This document shows positions 45,654 to 54,586 of a stretch of DNA of 64,000 nt, piece by piece. Made by a program: the position numbers and the translations under genes. Location of the stretch: contig JAGQON010000006.1 in the NCBI GenBank assembly GCA_020427395.1, positions 42,129 to 106,128 on the forward strand, written 5' to 3'. The notes under the pieces were generated by a model that saw only the letters and a list, made by a program, of their open reading frames with translations, searched no databases and was not told where the DNA came from. How positions within the stretch are numbered: the first letter of the stretch is position 1; every line of letters begins with the position of its first letter. Origin of the DNA: Phycisphaerales bacterium (GTDB taxonomy: Bacteria > Planctomycetota > Phycisphaerae > Phycisphaerales > UBA1924).

Positions 45654-46190
45654 ATGGCATCGCGATCGCGATTCATCCTGGCTTCAGTGTGCGGCGTCGG
45701 TCTCGGATCGATGCTGGGGTGCCAGGGCTCCATCATCTTCCAGGAGCAGGTGGTCCGCACCGACGACCTGCTCGCGGTGCCCGGTCCCTTCCGCCCGTCG
45801 GCGATGCGGGTGCACCCGCTGACCCACACCGAGCTTCGTGTCGATGGCGAGCCGGTGATGGTGCTGCATGTCGAGCTCAAGGACCCCTGGGGCGACACTG
45901 TCAAGGGCGTCGGGCAGGTGCAGGTGCAGCTGCGCAAGGCGACCGAGACCAGCACGATCGGCGACCCCGGCACGCGCTGGGACATCGACCTGCGCGACAT
46001 CGAGACCAATGTCTCCTACTTCGACTCGGCCACGCGGACCTACCGAATCGTGCTCGGCGGTTTGCCGGGCTGGCTCGACCAGTCCGTGCGTGACGGCTCC
46101 CCCGACGCGTCCCGCGTACGCGTGCTCTTCCGCACCGCCAAGGCGGACGGCGAGCCGGTGGTGCTGCAGGACGAGTTTGTGATGCGGTGA
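45654..46190 (+). CDS. lipoprotein, function unknown
   Basis: 'MASRSRFILASVCGVGLGSMLGC' lipobox. It is the last gene of the co-oriented phage-like block. Confidence 0.6.
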   Translation: MASRSRFILASVCGVGLGSMLGCQGSIIFQEQVVRTDDLLAVPGPFRPSAMRVHPLTHTELRVDGEPVMVLHVELKDPWGDTVKGVGQVQVQLRKATETSTIGDPGTRWDIDLRDIETNVSYFDSATRTYRIVLGGLPGWLDQSVRDGSPDASRVRVLFRTAKADGEPVVLQDEFVMR

Positions 46191-46201
46191 GTCAATGGTT
46201 A

Positions 46202-46711
46202 CTACGGAGCCACCTGTCTAAAGATGTACTTCGCAAGGCGTTCTATGTGAGTGTTAAGTGGGAGGAGCGGGATGAAGCCACCACCAAATGGTGCCCCGCA
46301 ATACGCAGCCAGCGTGTACATCACTTTGGACAAATGAAGGTAGTCATCGATGTTGCACTTACGCTGCATTGCGGCCTCGCCTAGAAGGCCGACCGCAAGC
46401 AATCGAGCACAAGCTTCTAGCCGCACTTCATCGTTTCCAAATGAGTTCTTGTTTAGATTCGGGGGGTCAGCGGCTTGACAACTAGCGAGAGTCTCATCAC
46501 ACCCAAAGGCGATCAGGTGCCAATCCAGCTTGTCTGAGCCTGGTTGTTTGATCGCCATCATGAGATGTTGAGGCGCTACTCCCTCAAAATCTCTGCCACC
46601 AAGTAAAAGCAGGTGCTCAATGACATCAGTCAAGGACACCCGCTTCGTGAAGACCTCGAAGACCTCGTTGATGAGATCGGTCATGATTGGCTCGAGAGAT
46701 GTATCAGTCAT
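46202..46711 (-). CDS. hypothetical protein (AT-richer orphan)
   Basis: 169-aa ORF whose ATG overlaps the stop of the upstream amidohydrolase gene by 8 nt. It is clearly lower in GC than both flanks. I recognised no family. Confidence 0.5.
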   Translation of the reverse strand: MTDTSLEPIMTDLINEVFEVFTKRVSLTDVIEHLLLLGGRDFEGVAPQHLMMAIKQPGSDKLDWHLIAFGCDETLASCQAADPPNLNKNSFGNDEVRLEACARLLAVGLLGEAAMQRKCNIDDYLHLSKVMYTLAAYCGAPFGGGFIPLLPLNTHIERLAKYIFRQVAP

Positions 46712-48020
46712 CGCCCTCGATCATATCGAGCTGGCGGTACTTCTCGCGGTACTTGTCGCGCAGTTCGGTCTGCTTGTTGGTCAGCTCGACGGTGCGCCCC
46801 TGGATCCAGGCGTGCTCGACGATGCTGGTGACATCGAGAATGTCGCCGTCGGACACGATGAGGGTGGCGTGCTTGCCAGGCTCGATGGAGCCGAGCGTGC
46901 CGTCGATGCCCAGGATCTGGGCGGCCTTGAGGGTGATGCCGCGCAGGGCGGCGTCGTGGTCGAGCCCGTGGGCGACGGAGATGCCCATGGCCTCGGGGAG
47001 GTTGCGTTCGTGGGCGAAGCGACCGGACATGGTGAGCGACCACTGCACGCCGGCGGCCTCGAGCTTGGCGGGGAGGGTGTACGCCTCGTCGTAGGCGCCG
47101 TCGTTGCGCTTGGGGAAGTTGTAGGTCCCGCCGATGATGACGGGGGTGTTGGTGGAGGCGAGCAGGTCGGTGCACAGGTGCGCATCGCGCCCGCCGACGA
47201 TGACGGGCCTGAGCCCGTTGTCGGTTGCCCAGTTCACGCCCGCGGTGATCTGGTCGTAGTCGTCGGCGTTGATGAACACCTGGTTCTGGTTCTCGGCGCC
47301 GGGCAGGACCGTCGCGATGGCCTCAAGGCGCAAGTCACGCACGCTGTGCTTCTCGACATAGCTCTTGGCGTCGGCGAAGACCTGGGTGAGGGCGGTGATG
47401 CGCTCATCGCGCCGCTCGCGCTGGCGTCTGGCGTTCTCGCCCTCGAAACGCATGCGGGGCCAGTTGATGATAACGCCGGCGTCGCGCTCGATGGCGAGAT
47501 CCTCGGTGGTCCAGCCGTCTGCTTTGAGGATGGACGCCCGCCCGGGGATGGTGCCGCCGGTGGGGAAGACGCCGAAGGTGAGGATGCCGTTGGCGCGGGC
47601 GGTGGGGATGACGGTGGAGTCTGGGTTGACGGCCACATACGCGCGGACCTCGGGGGTCATGTCGCCGGTCTCGTTCTGGTCGAGCGTGGCGCGCACGGAC
47701 GAGACCTCTTCGAGCCCGAGGACGGTGACGCTGTCGATGAGCCCCGGGTAGAGGTGCTTGCCGGAGAGGTCGATGATCTCGGTGTCCGGGCCGAGCGAGA
47801 TGCGCGGCAGGATCTCGTCGGCCTTGCCGACGATGCCGATGATGCCGTCGGTAAAGGAGACGAGCCCGTTCTCGATGGTCTCGCCCGAGACGGTGTGAAC
47901 GGTCGCGCCGACGAGGAAGATCGGGTGATCCTGCGCGGGGGCGCTGCGTTCGAGGTCCTGCGCCATCGCGCCGCTGGCGGCGATGGCGAGGGTTGTGATG
48001 AGTGTTGTGGTGTATTTCAT
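46704..48020 (-). CDS. secreted amidohydrolase-fold protein lacking the HxH metal motif
   Basis: Signal 'MKYTTTLITTLAIAASGAMAQ'. 'LYPGLIDSVTVLG' sits where amidohydrolases carry 'PGxIDxHxH'. C-terminal 'GSIEPGKHATLIVSDGD' is present. Confidence 0.8.
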   Translation of the reverse strand: MKYTTTLITTLAIAASGAMAQDLERSAPAQDHPIFLVGATVHTVSGETIENGLVSFTDGIIGIVGKADEILPRISLGPDTEIIDLSGKHLYPGLIDSVTVLGLEEVSSVRATLDQNETGDMTPEVRAYVAVNPDSTVIPTARANGILTFGVFPTGGTIPGRASILKADGWTTEDLAIERDAGVIINWPRMRFEGENARRQRERRDERITALTQVFADAKSYVEKHSVRDLRLEAIATVLPGAENQNQVFINADDYDQITAGVNWATDNGLRPVIVGGRDAHLCTDLLASTNTPVIIGGTYNFPKRNDGAYDEAYTLPAKLEAAGVQWSLTMSGRFAHERNLPEAMGISVAHGLDHDAALRGITLKAAQILGIDGTLGSIEPGKHATLIVSDGDILDVTSIVEHAWIQGRTVELTNKQTELRDKYREKYRQLDMIEGDD

Positions 48021-48048
48021 GATAATTCTCATGTGAATGGGGATCTGA

Positions 48049-51000
48049 TCAGTAGTTGGTGTTGAACGCGGGGAGGAGCTGTGAGCAGCCGCAGTCGCCG
48101 CGTTCGGTGTTGAAGTGGGTGTGCCCGTGATCGTTGTGACCGGGATCAACAAGGTCGTCGTGCTCGTGTTCGTGCGCGGGTTCGTCGCTCTTTTCTTCGA
48201 GCGGCTTGCCGTCGCGGATGATGAGTTGGATCAGGCGCTGGCGCTCGGCCGCGTCGTGCTGACGCATCTGGGCGTCCATGTCACGCGAGAAGAGCAGGCG
48301 TCCGTCGACGAAGGTCATCTCGGGTCGCGAGAGCGACGAGAGGGGGTGACCAGTCCAGACGACGATGTCGGCGTCCTTGCCCTGCTCGAGTGAACCGACG
48401 CGGTCGTCGATCATGAGCTGCTTGGCGGGGTTGAGGGTGACGAAGTTGAGGGCCTGCTGCTCGGTCATCTCGATTCCGGAGAGCTTGGCGTACTTGAGGG
48501 CCTTGCCCGCTTCGACATGCATGCGCCGGGCAACATCGTCGGAGTCGGAGTTGAAGGAGGTGAGCAATCCGACCTCGTGGTTGATGGGGCCTGCGAAGGG
48601 GATGGCGTCGACGACCTCGTACTTGTAGGCCCACCAGTCGGAGAAGATGGAGGCGCCGATCGCGTGCTCCTTGACGACCTCGGCGACCTTGTAGGTCTCG
48701 AGCCCGTGCTGGAAGGTGCCGATTTTGAATCCGAACTCTTCGGCGAGTCGGCAGAGCATCAGGATCTCGTCCTGGCGGTAAGAGTGGCAGTGGATCAGAC
48801 GCTCGCCCCTAAGAATTTCTGCGAGTGCTTCGAGCTCGTAGTCCACGGACATTGATCGAAATGAACCGAGTCCTTCTTCTTGGAAGTGTTTATCGAGCCA
48901 TTCTCGTTGTACATCGTCGATCATTAGACTTGCGAGCTTTGCTCTATTGTTCTTCTTAATCGCTGAGGACACATTCTCGAAAGGTGAGTGCCAAGCCGTT
49001 CCATGTTCAGAGAGCAACTTCGTAAACAAGTTCCATCGGTTGTCGTATTCGCGAGCCCGGACGAACCGATCACGCATGAGGGTTTCGACGCCGAGTCGGG
49101 TTTGGGGGTAGCGGGTGGTGTTGTTGTCGCCCCAGTTGGCTTGTTTGACATTCTCACCCAGCGCGAACTTGATCCCGGGCTTGGAGCCTTCGAAGAACAT
49201 GTCGGAGGGCTTGTCGGAATCCCAGCGGAGCTTGATGGTTTTGGATTGACCGCCGATGGGGTTGGCCGAGCCGTGCAAGAGCAGCGACGAGGTCAATCCG
49301 CCCGCGAGCTCGCGGTAGTACCCGGGGTGTGCGGGGTCGATGGAGTCGGAGATGCGCACCTCGGAGGTGACGGCCTGTCCGGATTCATTGACGCCGAACC
49401 GGAAGAGCCCGGTGTGGGAGTGGGCGTCGATGAGTCCGGGGGTGATGTGCATCCCGGATGCGTCGATGGTCTCCGCAGCGATGCGGGGGTACCCGCCGGT
49501 GCCGATCTGGGCGACCTTGCCGTCGCGGATGAGGACCCATCCGTTGTCGAGGATGCCGTCGTCAGATTGGGTCCAGACGGTGGCGCTGTGGAGGATGTAG
49601 TTGCGCTGCTCGGGCTCGGATTGGTAGGCGAACGGGCCGAAGGGCGCGTCGGGCATGTCGGGGAGGGTGTGGACGGGGTCGGGTTCTTTTTCCGACTTGG
49701 TCGCGGTGAGTGTGAACCCCTTGCCCGAGGGGAGGGTGCCCATGCCGGCGATGGTGCCCTCGGCGTTGGGTGATGTGAGCGCGACGGAGAAGGTGCCGGG
49801 GTCGCCGAAGGGCTCGTGCTCGAAGGTGAAGGTGAGGACGCCTTCTTGCATGACCATCTCGGTGGAGTCTTGTTTAATGTCGTTGCCGTCTTCGACGCGT
49901 TCGATGATGGTGACTTTGTCTTTGGTGACCTTGAAGTCGAGCTTGTGCTCGCCGGAGAGGAGGGCGTTCCATGTGCCGACGAACTCGGACGCGTTGGAGG
50001 TGCCCTTGGTGCCGTACCACTGCACGACCATGCCGGAGGGTGCGACGGATGAGCCGCGGATGGTGCCGTCGGGCGAGAGGGTTGCGGAACTCACGAACGC
50101 GCCCATGTCGTCGTTGTCGTAATCGACGAGGAACGAGATCGCGTTGTCGTCGATCGTGAACTTGGTTGCTTTGGTTTTGGGCAGCTCTTCGTTGTTGGGA
50201 TCGATGATGGAGAGCGACTTGCCGTCGATTTCCATCTCGATCTGCATGTCCGCGCCGACGAGGTTGAGGGTCCATGTGCCATCGAACCGGTTGTCCTCAA
50301 CGGGGTTGATCGCGTGACGGCGCCCGTCGATCCAGGTGTCGATGATCTTCGCGTCCGAGTTGGGATCGAAGAGATCACCCGAGGCGACGACGAGGTTGGC
50401 GATGTTGCCCTTGGTGATGGTGCCGTGTCCATCGAGGCCGATGATTTTGGCGGGGTTGGTGGTGAGCATGGCCAGGGCTTGGTCCGCGGGCAGGCCCTTC
50501 TCGATGGCGGTGTGCAGGTTGTCCCAGAACTTCTCGCCGCGTCGCATCTTGCTGGTGGTCAGCGCGACATCGAGCCCGCTGTTGTGCAGCCAGCGGGCGT
50601 TGGCGGGAGCTCGTTCCCAGTGCTGCAGCTCGGCCAGATCGACCGAGTCCATCGCGCCAACGCTGAAGACATCGGGCGTTTCGGGGTAAGTGAGCGGGAC
50701 GATGACGGGGTGCCCCATCTCCTTGAAGAGATCGAGCCGCCGGTGGGCGGTGCCGTTGTCGACGATCACGATGTTGGGGTGGTTGAACTCGTTGGCGACA
50801 TCGTCGGCCAGCGCGGCCTCGAGTTCCTGCGAGATGTCGTAATAGAAAGTGGTGTCGCTGGGGTGGATCTGATCAAGGACGGTGCTGTCGCTGTGATCGC
50901 CCATCGCGCGCCGGGTATCGGCGTCGCTGAAGGTCTGTCGCATCATCGCAACGACGCCCATGTGCGAGGTCGGGTAGCCCGGGTCGCCCCAGCTGCCGCG

Positions 51001-51591
51001 GTCGAAGCCCATGGCCTGCCCGCTGTGGGCGCGGTAGACCGGGGGCTCGCCCTGCGAGGGGTCTTCGAAGTCGGCGGCGGTGGAGACGATGCCGGTCCAG
51101 CCGCGGAAGATGCCCGCGTCGGGGGCGATCATGGCGGCGGTGAAGCCCATCTCGCGCAGCGACTTGGCGGCGTCATCGCCCAGGCCCACGCGGAGGGCGT
51201 CGTCGTTGGGCGAGATCTTGTTGGACCAGTGCGATCCCGTCGCGGATGCGGGCAGGTCGGGGGTGTCGACCTCGACATAGGGGTCGATGAAGCCGGCGTA
51301 GACATGGCTGTCGGGGTCGAGGGTGAAGACCTGGTAGCCCGTGGTGTTGATGCGGGCGTACTGGGTGTTCTCGTTGATGTTTACGATCTTCCCGTTCTCG
51401 ACGATGATCATCGGCGCGTTGTCGGCGGTGATGGTCTTGGTCGGGGAGATATGGACGGTGCCGCCCATGATCATGAAACGCCCGGGTGTCGCGGAGGACA
51501 TCCCGTTGGGGCGAGGGGCGAGCGGTTGCTGAGACTGTGCAAGCGCGAGGGCGGCAGAACCCCCGAGCAGCGCGATTGACGCGTATTTCAT
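48049..51591 (-). CDS. large secreted double amidohydrolase-fold protein with His-rich C-terminal tail
   Basis: Signal 'MKYASIALLGGSAALALAQ'. The N-module has 'VYAGFIDPYVEV' (no HxH), while the C-module has the canonical 'ITPGLIDAHSHTG' and 'GSLEQGKDADIVVW'. The tail is 'HEHEHDDLVDPGHNDHGHTHF...CGC'. Confidence 0.85.
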   Translation of the reverse strand: MKYASIALLGGSAALALAQSQQPLAPRPNGMSSATPGRFMIMGGTVHISPTKTITADNAPMIIVENGKIVNINENTQYARINTTGYQVFTLDPDSHVYAGFIDPYVEVDTPDLPASATGSHWSNKISPNDDALRVGLGDDAAKSLREMGFTAAMIAPDAGIFRGWTGIVSTAADFEDPSQGEPPVYRAHSGQAMGFDRGSWGDPGYPTSHMGVVAMMRQTFSDADTRRAMGDHSDSTVLDQIHPSDTTFYYDISQELEAALADDVANEFNHPNIVIVDNGTAHRRLDLFKEMGHPVIVPLTYPETPDVFSVGAMDSVDLAELQHWERAPANARWLHNSGLDVALTTSKMRRGEKFWDNLHTAIEKGLPADQALAMLTTNPAKIIGLDGHGTITKGNIANLVVASGDLFDPNSDAKIIDTWIDGRRHAINPVEDNRFDGTWTLNLVGADMQIEMEIDGKSLSIIDPNNEELPKTKATKFTIDDNAISFLVDYDNDDMGAFVSSATLSPDGTIRGSSVAPSGMVVQWYGTKGTSNASEFVGTWNALLSGEHKLDFKVTKDKVTIIERVEDGNDIKQDSTEMVMQEGVLTFTFEHEPFGDPGTFSVALTSPNAEGTIAGMGTLPSGKGFTLTATKSEKEPDPVHTLPDMPDAPFGPFAYQSEPEQRNYILHSATVWTQSDDGILDNGWVLIRDGKVAQIGTGGYPRIAAETIDASGMHITPGLIDAHSHTGLFRFGVNESGQAVTSEVRISDSIDPAHPGYYRELAGGLTSSLLLHGSANPIGGQSKTIKLRWDSDKPSDMFFEGSKPGIKFALGENVKQANWGDNNTTRYPQTRLGVETLMRDRFVRAREYDNRWNLFTKLLSEHGTAWHSPFENVSSAIKKNNRAKLASLMIDDVQREWLDKHFQEEGLGSFRSMSVDYELEALAEILRGERLIHCHSYRQDEILMLCRLAEEFGFKIGTFQHGLETYKVAEVVKEHAIGASIFSDWWAYKYEVVDAIPFAGPINHEVGLLTSFNSDSDDVARRMHVEAGKALKYAKLSGIEMTEQQALNFVTLNPAKQLMIDDRVGSLEQGKDADIVVWTGHPLSSLSRPEMTFVDGRLLFSRDMDAQMRQHDAAERQRLIQLIIRDGKPLEEKSDEPAHEHEHDDLVDPGHNDHGHTHFNTERGDCGCSQLLPAFNTNY

Positions 51592-51770
51592 GGGTGAAGA
51601 GCTCCTTGTAAGGCCCCATGATACCGAATTGACCCCGCTTTGGGTGCACGCGTGGGCACGCACTCGCACCAATTCGGCCTACGCTCTGTGTTCACGCGGC
51701 TGGCGCGCTGGCGCGAGCATTCTGGAGTTCAGGGCCCGCTTTTGGCGGCACAGATGCAGAGGATTCGTCG

Positions 51771-53030
51771 ATGTCGATCGATCTGGTCAAGGGGAACGCG
51801 GTCATCGGGCAGTCGGGCGGGCCGACGGCCGTCATCAACGAGTCGCTGGTGGGCGTGGTCGAGGGGCTTCGGGCGGCCGGGGCGGGCACGCCGGGCAACC
51901 CGATCAAGAAGATCCTGGGCATGCGTCACGGTGTGACGGGGCTCACGAACGGCGACCTGTACGACCTGACGGACTATCCGCACGACCGGCTTCAGCTGCT
52001 CGCCCAGACCCCCAGCGCGGGGCTCGGCTCGACGCGGGACAAGCCGGACACGGCGTATTGCGAGCGGATCCTCGAATCGTGCAAGGAGCACGGGATCCAC
52101 TACTTCTTCTATATCGGTGGCAACGACAGCAGCGACACCTGCCGCATCGTCAACGAGATGGCCAACGCCAGCAGCTATGAGCTGCGCTGCTTCCATATTC
52201 CCAAGACCGTTGATAACGACCTGATGATCAACGATCACACGCCGGGCTTCCCGAGCGCGGCGAGGTTCGTGGCCAAGGCGTGCATGGCGGACTTCCTGGA
52301 CAACATTTCGCTGCCGGGCATCAAGATCAATGTCATCATGGGTCGCCACGCGGGCTTCCTGACGGCGGCGAGCGCGCTGGCGCGTCGTGATGACCGGTAT
52401 GAGTTCGAGGGCGGTTCGACCGACGGGCCCCAGCTGATTTATCTGCCAGAGGTGCCGTTCGACACGGACCGGTTCGTGGACGACGTGACGAAGATCTACG
52501 AGAAGCGCGGTCGCTGCCACATCGCGGTGAGCGAGGGTATCAGCGACAAGGACGGCAACCCGATCGGCGCGATGCTGATCAAGAACGCGCAGACCGATGC
52601 GCACGGCAATGTGCAGCTCTCGGGTAGCGGGGCGTTGGGCGATGCGCTGTCGGACCTGCTCAAAGAGAAAATGACACCTGTGGGCGGTAAGTCGCCGCGC
52701 GTGCGGGCTGATACCTTCGGCTATGTGCAGCGGTGTTTCCCGGATCAGTCGCCGGTGGACCAGAAGGAAGCTCGCGGCGTGGGTCGTTACGCGGCCCGCT
52801 TGGCGACGAGCGGCGATGTCGATGGCTCAGTGGCGATTATCCGTACCAGCCCGATCGGGCAGGGGCAGCCCTACGCGGCCCAGTATCAGCGGATCGAGCT
52901 TGCGGATGTGGCCGCCAAGACCAAGCACATGCCGGCGGAGTTTATCGAGGGCCACAACAATGTGAGTCAGAAGTTCCTGGACTACTGTCGCCCGCTGGTG
53001 GGTGATCTGCCACTGTATGAGCGGATCTGA
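51771..53030 (+). CDS. 6-phosphofructokinase, probably diphosphate (PPi)-dependent
   Basis: Motifs 'GGPTAVINESL', 'IGGNDSSDT' (Asp at the position that is Gly in ATP-PFKs), 'PKTVDNDL' (Lys as in PPi-PFKs) and 'MGRHAGFL'. Confidence 0.88.
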   Translation: MSIDLVKGNAVIGQSGGPTAVINESLVGVVEGLRAAGAGTPGNPIKKILGMRHGVTGLTNGDLYDLTDYPHDRLQLLAQTPSAGLGSTRDKPDTAYCERILESCKEHGIHYFFYIGGNDSSDTCRIVNEMANASSYELRCFHIPKTVDNDLMINDHTPGFPSAARFVAKACMADFLDNISLPGIKINVIMGRHAGFLTAASALARRDDRYEFEGGSTDGPQLIYLPEVPFDTDRFVDDVTKIYEKRGRCHIAVSEGISDKDGNPIGAMLIKNAQTDAHGNVQLSGSGALGDALSDLLKEKMTPVGGKSPRVRADTFGYVQRCFPDQSPVDQKEARGVGRYAARLATSGDVDGSVAIIRTSPIGQGQPYAAQYQRIELADVAAKTKHMPAEFIEGHNNVSQKFLDYCRPLVGDLPLYERI

Positions 53031-53036
53031 GGATCG

Positions 53037-53555
53037 TTACAGAAAGGTCCAGGCGACGAGGAACGCCGAGTAGGTTATCAGCCCGGCACCAAGAAACGCC
53101 ATCACGACGCACACGATCGCGGGTTTGAGTACAGCCCGTGGTGGTGTTGGGCGGTTTTTGCGTGTGCGTGACCAGAGCCGAGCGGTCCAGAAGAGCATGC
53201 ACATCCAGAAGACCTGCGCGCCGAAGTAGAAGATGCCATGCACAAGCGTGACCGGCCCGTTATCGATGATGAGGTCGGTAATCAGCGAGGCGATGTTCCC
53301 GATGACGCTGGCCACGCTGAAGAGAAAAAGTAGCAGAGCGCCGGCTTTGATCAGACGCTTCGAGGGTTCGGGGTTTGATGCGTCACAGACCGTGACTGTC
53401 AGCTGGCATCCGCATTCCGGGCAGGTGTTGGTTGTTGCGTCCCTGAGCGGGTAATCGCAGCGCGGGCAGTTGATATCACGATCGCGAAGGAGCTCTCGCG
53501 CGAGACTATCAGAGATCGCGCGAGAGTCGGGTGCGGCGTTGTTCGTCGTCATCAC
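53037..53555 (-). CDS. membrane protein with N-terminal CxxC...CxxC zinc ribbon
   Basis: 'INCPRCDYPLRDATTNTCPECG' is followed by 4 TM helices. Its ATG overlaps the stop of the upstream YciI gene (ATGA). Confidence 0.6.
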   Translation of the reverse strand: MMTTNNAAPDSRAISDSLARELLRDRDINCPRCDYPLRDATTNTCPECGCQLTVTVCDASNPEPSKRLIKAGALLLFLFSVASVIGNIASLITDLIIDNGPVTLVHGIFYFGAQVFWMCMLFWTARLWSRTRKNRPTPPRAVLKPAIVCVVMAFLGAGLITYSAFLVAWTFL

Positions 53556-53848
53556 GCATTGGCGTGCAGCGCGGTCTGGAAGGACTGCACGCGTGCTTTG
53601 AGGACGCCTCGGTTGATGGCGGGGTCCTGGGCGGCGATGGAGATGGCGTCTTCCTTGGTGGGGGCCTCGAAGACGAGGATGCCAAAGTAGGGCGGCTCGT
53701 GGGTGCGCCCGGCGATGACGAGCGAGCCCTTGTCGAGCAGTTTCTGGTAGTACTTGAAGTGCGCCTCGATGGCGGCGGATTCCTCGCTGCTGAGACTCTC
53801 GGGCAGGTCGGGTCGGCAGGGTTCGAGGTAACAGATGAACTGCTGCAT
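53552..53848 (-). CDS. YciI family protein
   Basis: 98 aa, with 'HFKYYQKLLDKGSLVIAGRT...GILVFEAPTKEDAISIAAQDPAI' typical of YciI-like ferredoxin-fold proteins. Confidence 0.75.
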   Translation of the reverse strand: MQQFICYLEPCRPDLPESLSSEESAAIEAHFKYYQKLLDKGSLVIAGRTHEPPYFGILVFEAPTKEDAISIAAQDPAINRGVLKARVQSFQTALHANA

Positions 53849-53892
53849 GGGTTGGCTCCGGCGGGGTGGGTGTGTCGTGCCTTCACTGTACG

Positions 53893-53921
53893 AAAAAACC
53901 CGCCCCTGGGTCGAGCGGGTT
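53893..53921 (-). terminator. intrinsic terminator after the DUF1579 gene
   Basis: On the minus strand, AACCCGC-(11 nt)-GCGGGTT is followed by a T-tract (plus-strand AAAAAA at 53893..53898). Confidence 0.5.
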
Positions 53922-53947
53922 GGCTTGGGATTGGCACGAAAACGCGA

Positions 53948-54586
53948 TTACTTGCGTGTATAGCTGATCGAGCCCGAGTTGAACCAGGTGCCGTCGGGCA
54001 TTTTGTCGTAGAAATGGTCGGTGAAGTGGTCATCGTCGTCATGGGTGGTGACGATTTTCATGGGGTTGTCGCCCATGGGGGTGGTGGCGGTGCCGTGCAT
54101 TTCCAGGGCGCCGTCCTTGTTGTGGTTGCCTTCCATGTAGGTGATTTTGGTGGACATGGTGTCCATCCAGATGGAGACATACTGGGCGTGGGCGTTGTCG
54201 TAGCCGGTGTAGGCGAGGCCCTCGAATGGCTGGCCCATGAAGTCCATCTTGAAGTCGCACTTGACGAATCGCCCGCCGAGGGCGGGGCTGATGGACATGG
54301 TGCCGGTGCTCTCCTGCGGGGGCGCGGCGGGGTCCATGATGAAGCTGGCCTTGGCGTCCCACTCGCCGACGGTCTTCATGAGCTTCTCGTGCTGCTCGCC
54401 CGGGGTGCCGATCATGGCCATGGCGGCCATCATCTCTTCGGGCGACATCTCCATCATCTGGTCCATCTCCTTTTCGGAGACGCCGTCCTGATGATCCTTG
54501 TGCTCGGGGCCTGAGGCGATGAGGAATGCGAGCGCGGATGCGGTGGCGATGCCAGCGGCGTACGCGCTGAGGGTGCGTGTGTTCAT
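53948..54586 (-). CDS. DUF1579 domain-containing secreted protein
   Basis: The signal/anchor 'MNTRTLSAYAAGIATASALAFLIAS' precedes 'GEWDAKASF...GGRFVKCDFKMDFMGQPFEGLAYTGYDNAHAQYVSIWMDTMST', typical of DUF1579. Confidence 0.75.
   Translation of the reverse strand: MNTRTLSAYAAGIATASALAFLIASGPEHKDHQDGVSEKEMDQMMEMSPEEMMAAMAMIGTPGEQHEKLMKTVGEWDAKASFIMDPAAPPQESTGTMSISPALGGRFVKCDFKMDFMGQPFEGLAYTGYDNAHAQYVSIWMDTMSTKITYMEGNHNKDGALEMHGTATTPMGDNPMKIVTTHDDDDHFTDHFYDKMPDGTWFNSGSISYTRK

Larger units (their letters stand above)
40233..46190 (+). mobile_element. phage-derived head-morphogenesis module (portal, scaffold, major capsid, five small genes); no terminase, tail, lysin or integrase on either flank
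   Basis: Eight co-oriented, tightly spaced genes with strong SDs. Housekeeping ispG lies on the left and amidohydrolase genes on the right. GC content looks host-like. Confidence 0.55.

Noticed and set aside
40172-46711. Searched the edges of the phage-like block for integrase, a tRNA target or long direct att repeats
   Set aside because: None was found by eye. The only repeat at the left edge is the operator-like pair, which lies wholly on one side, so I cannot call this an integrated prophage with defined ends.
46620-48065. 481-aa plus-strand ORF opposite the small amidohydrolase gene. The same applies to 50314..51579, 15351..16841, 26100..28067, 21833..23032, 42518..43738, 62235..63308 and 38370..39128.
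   Set aside because: All are antisense or out-of-frame partners of genes with strong family motifs. They are G/A/V/D/R-rich and lack start context, so they are GC-driven artefacts.
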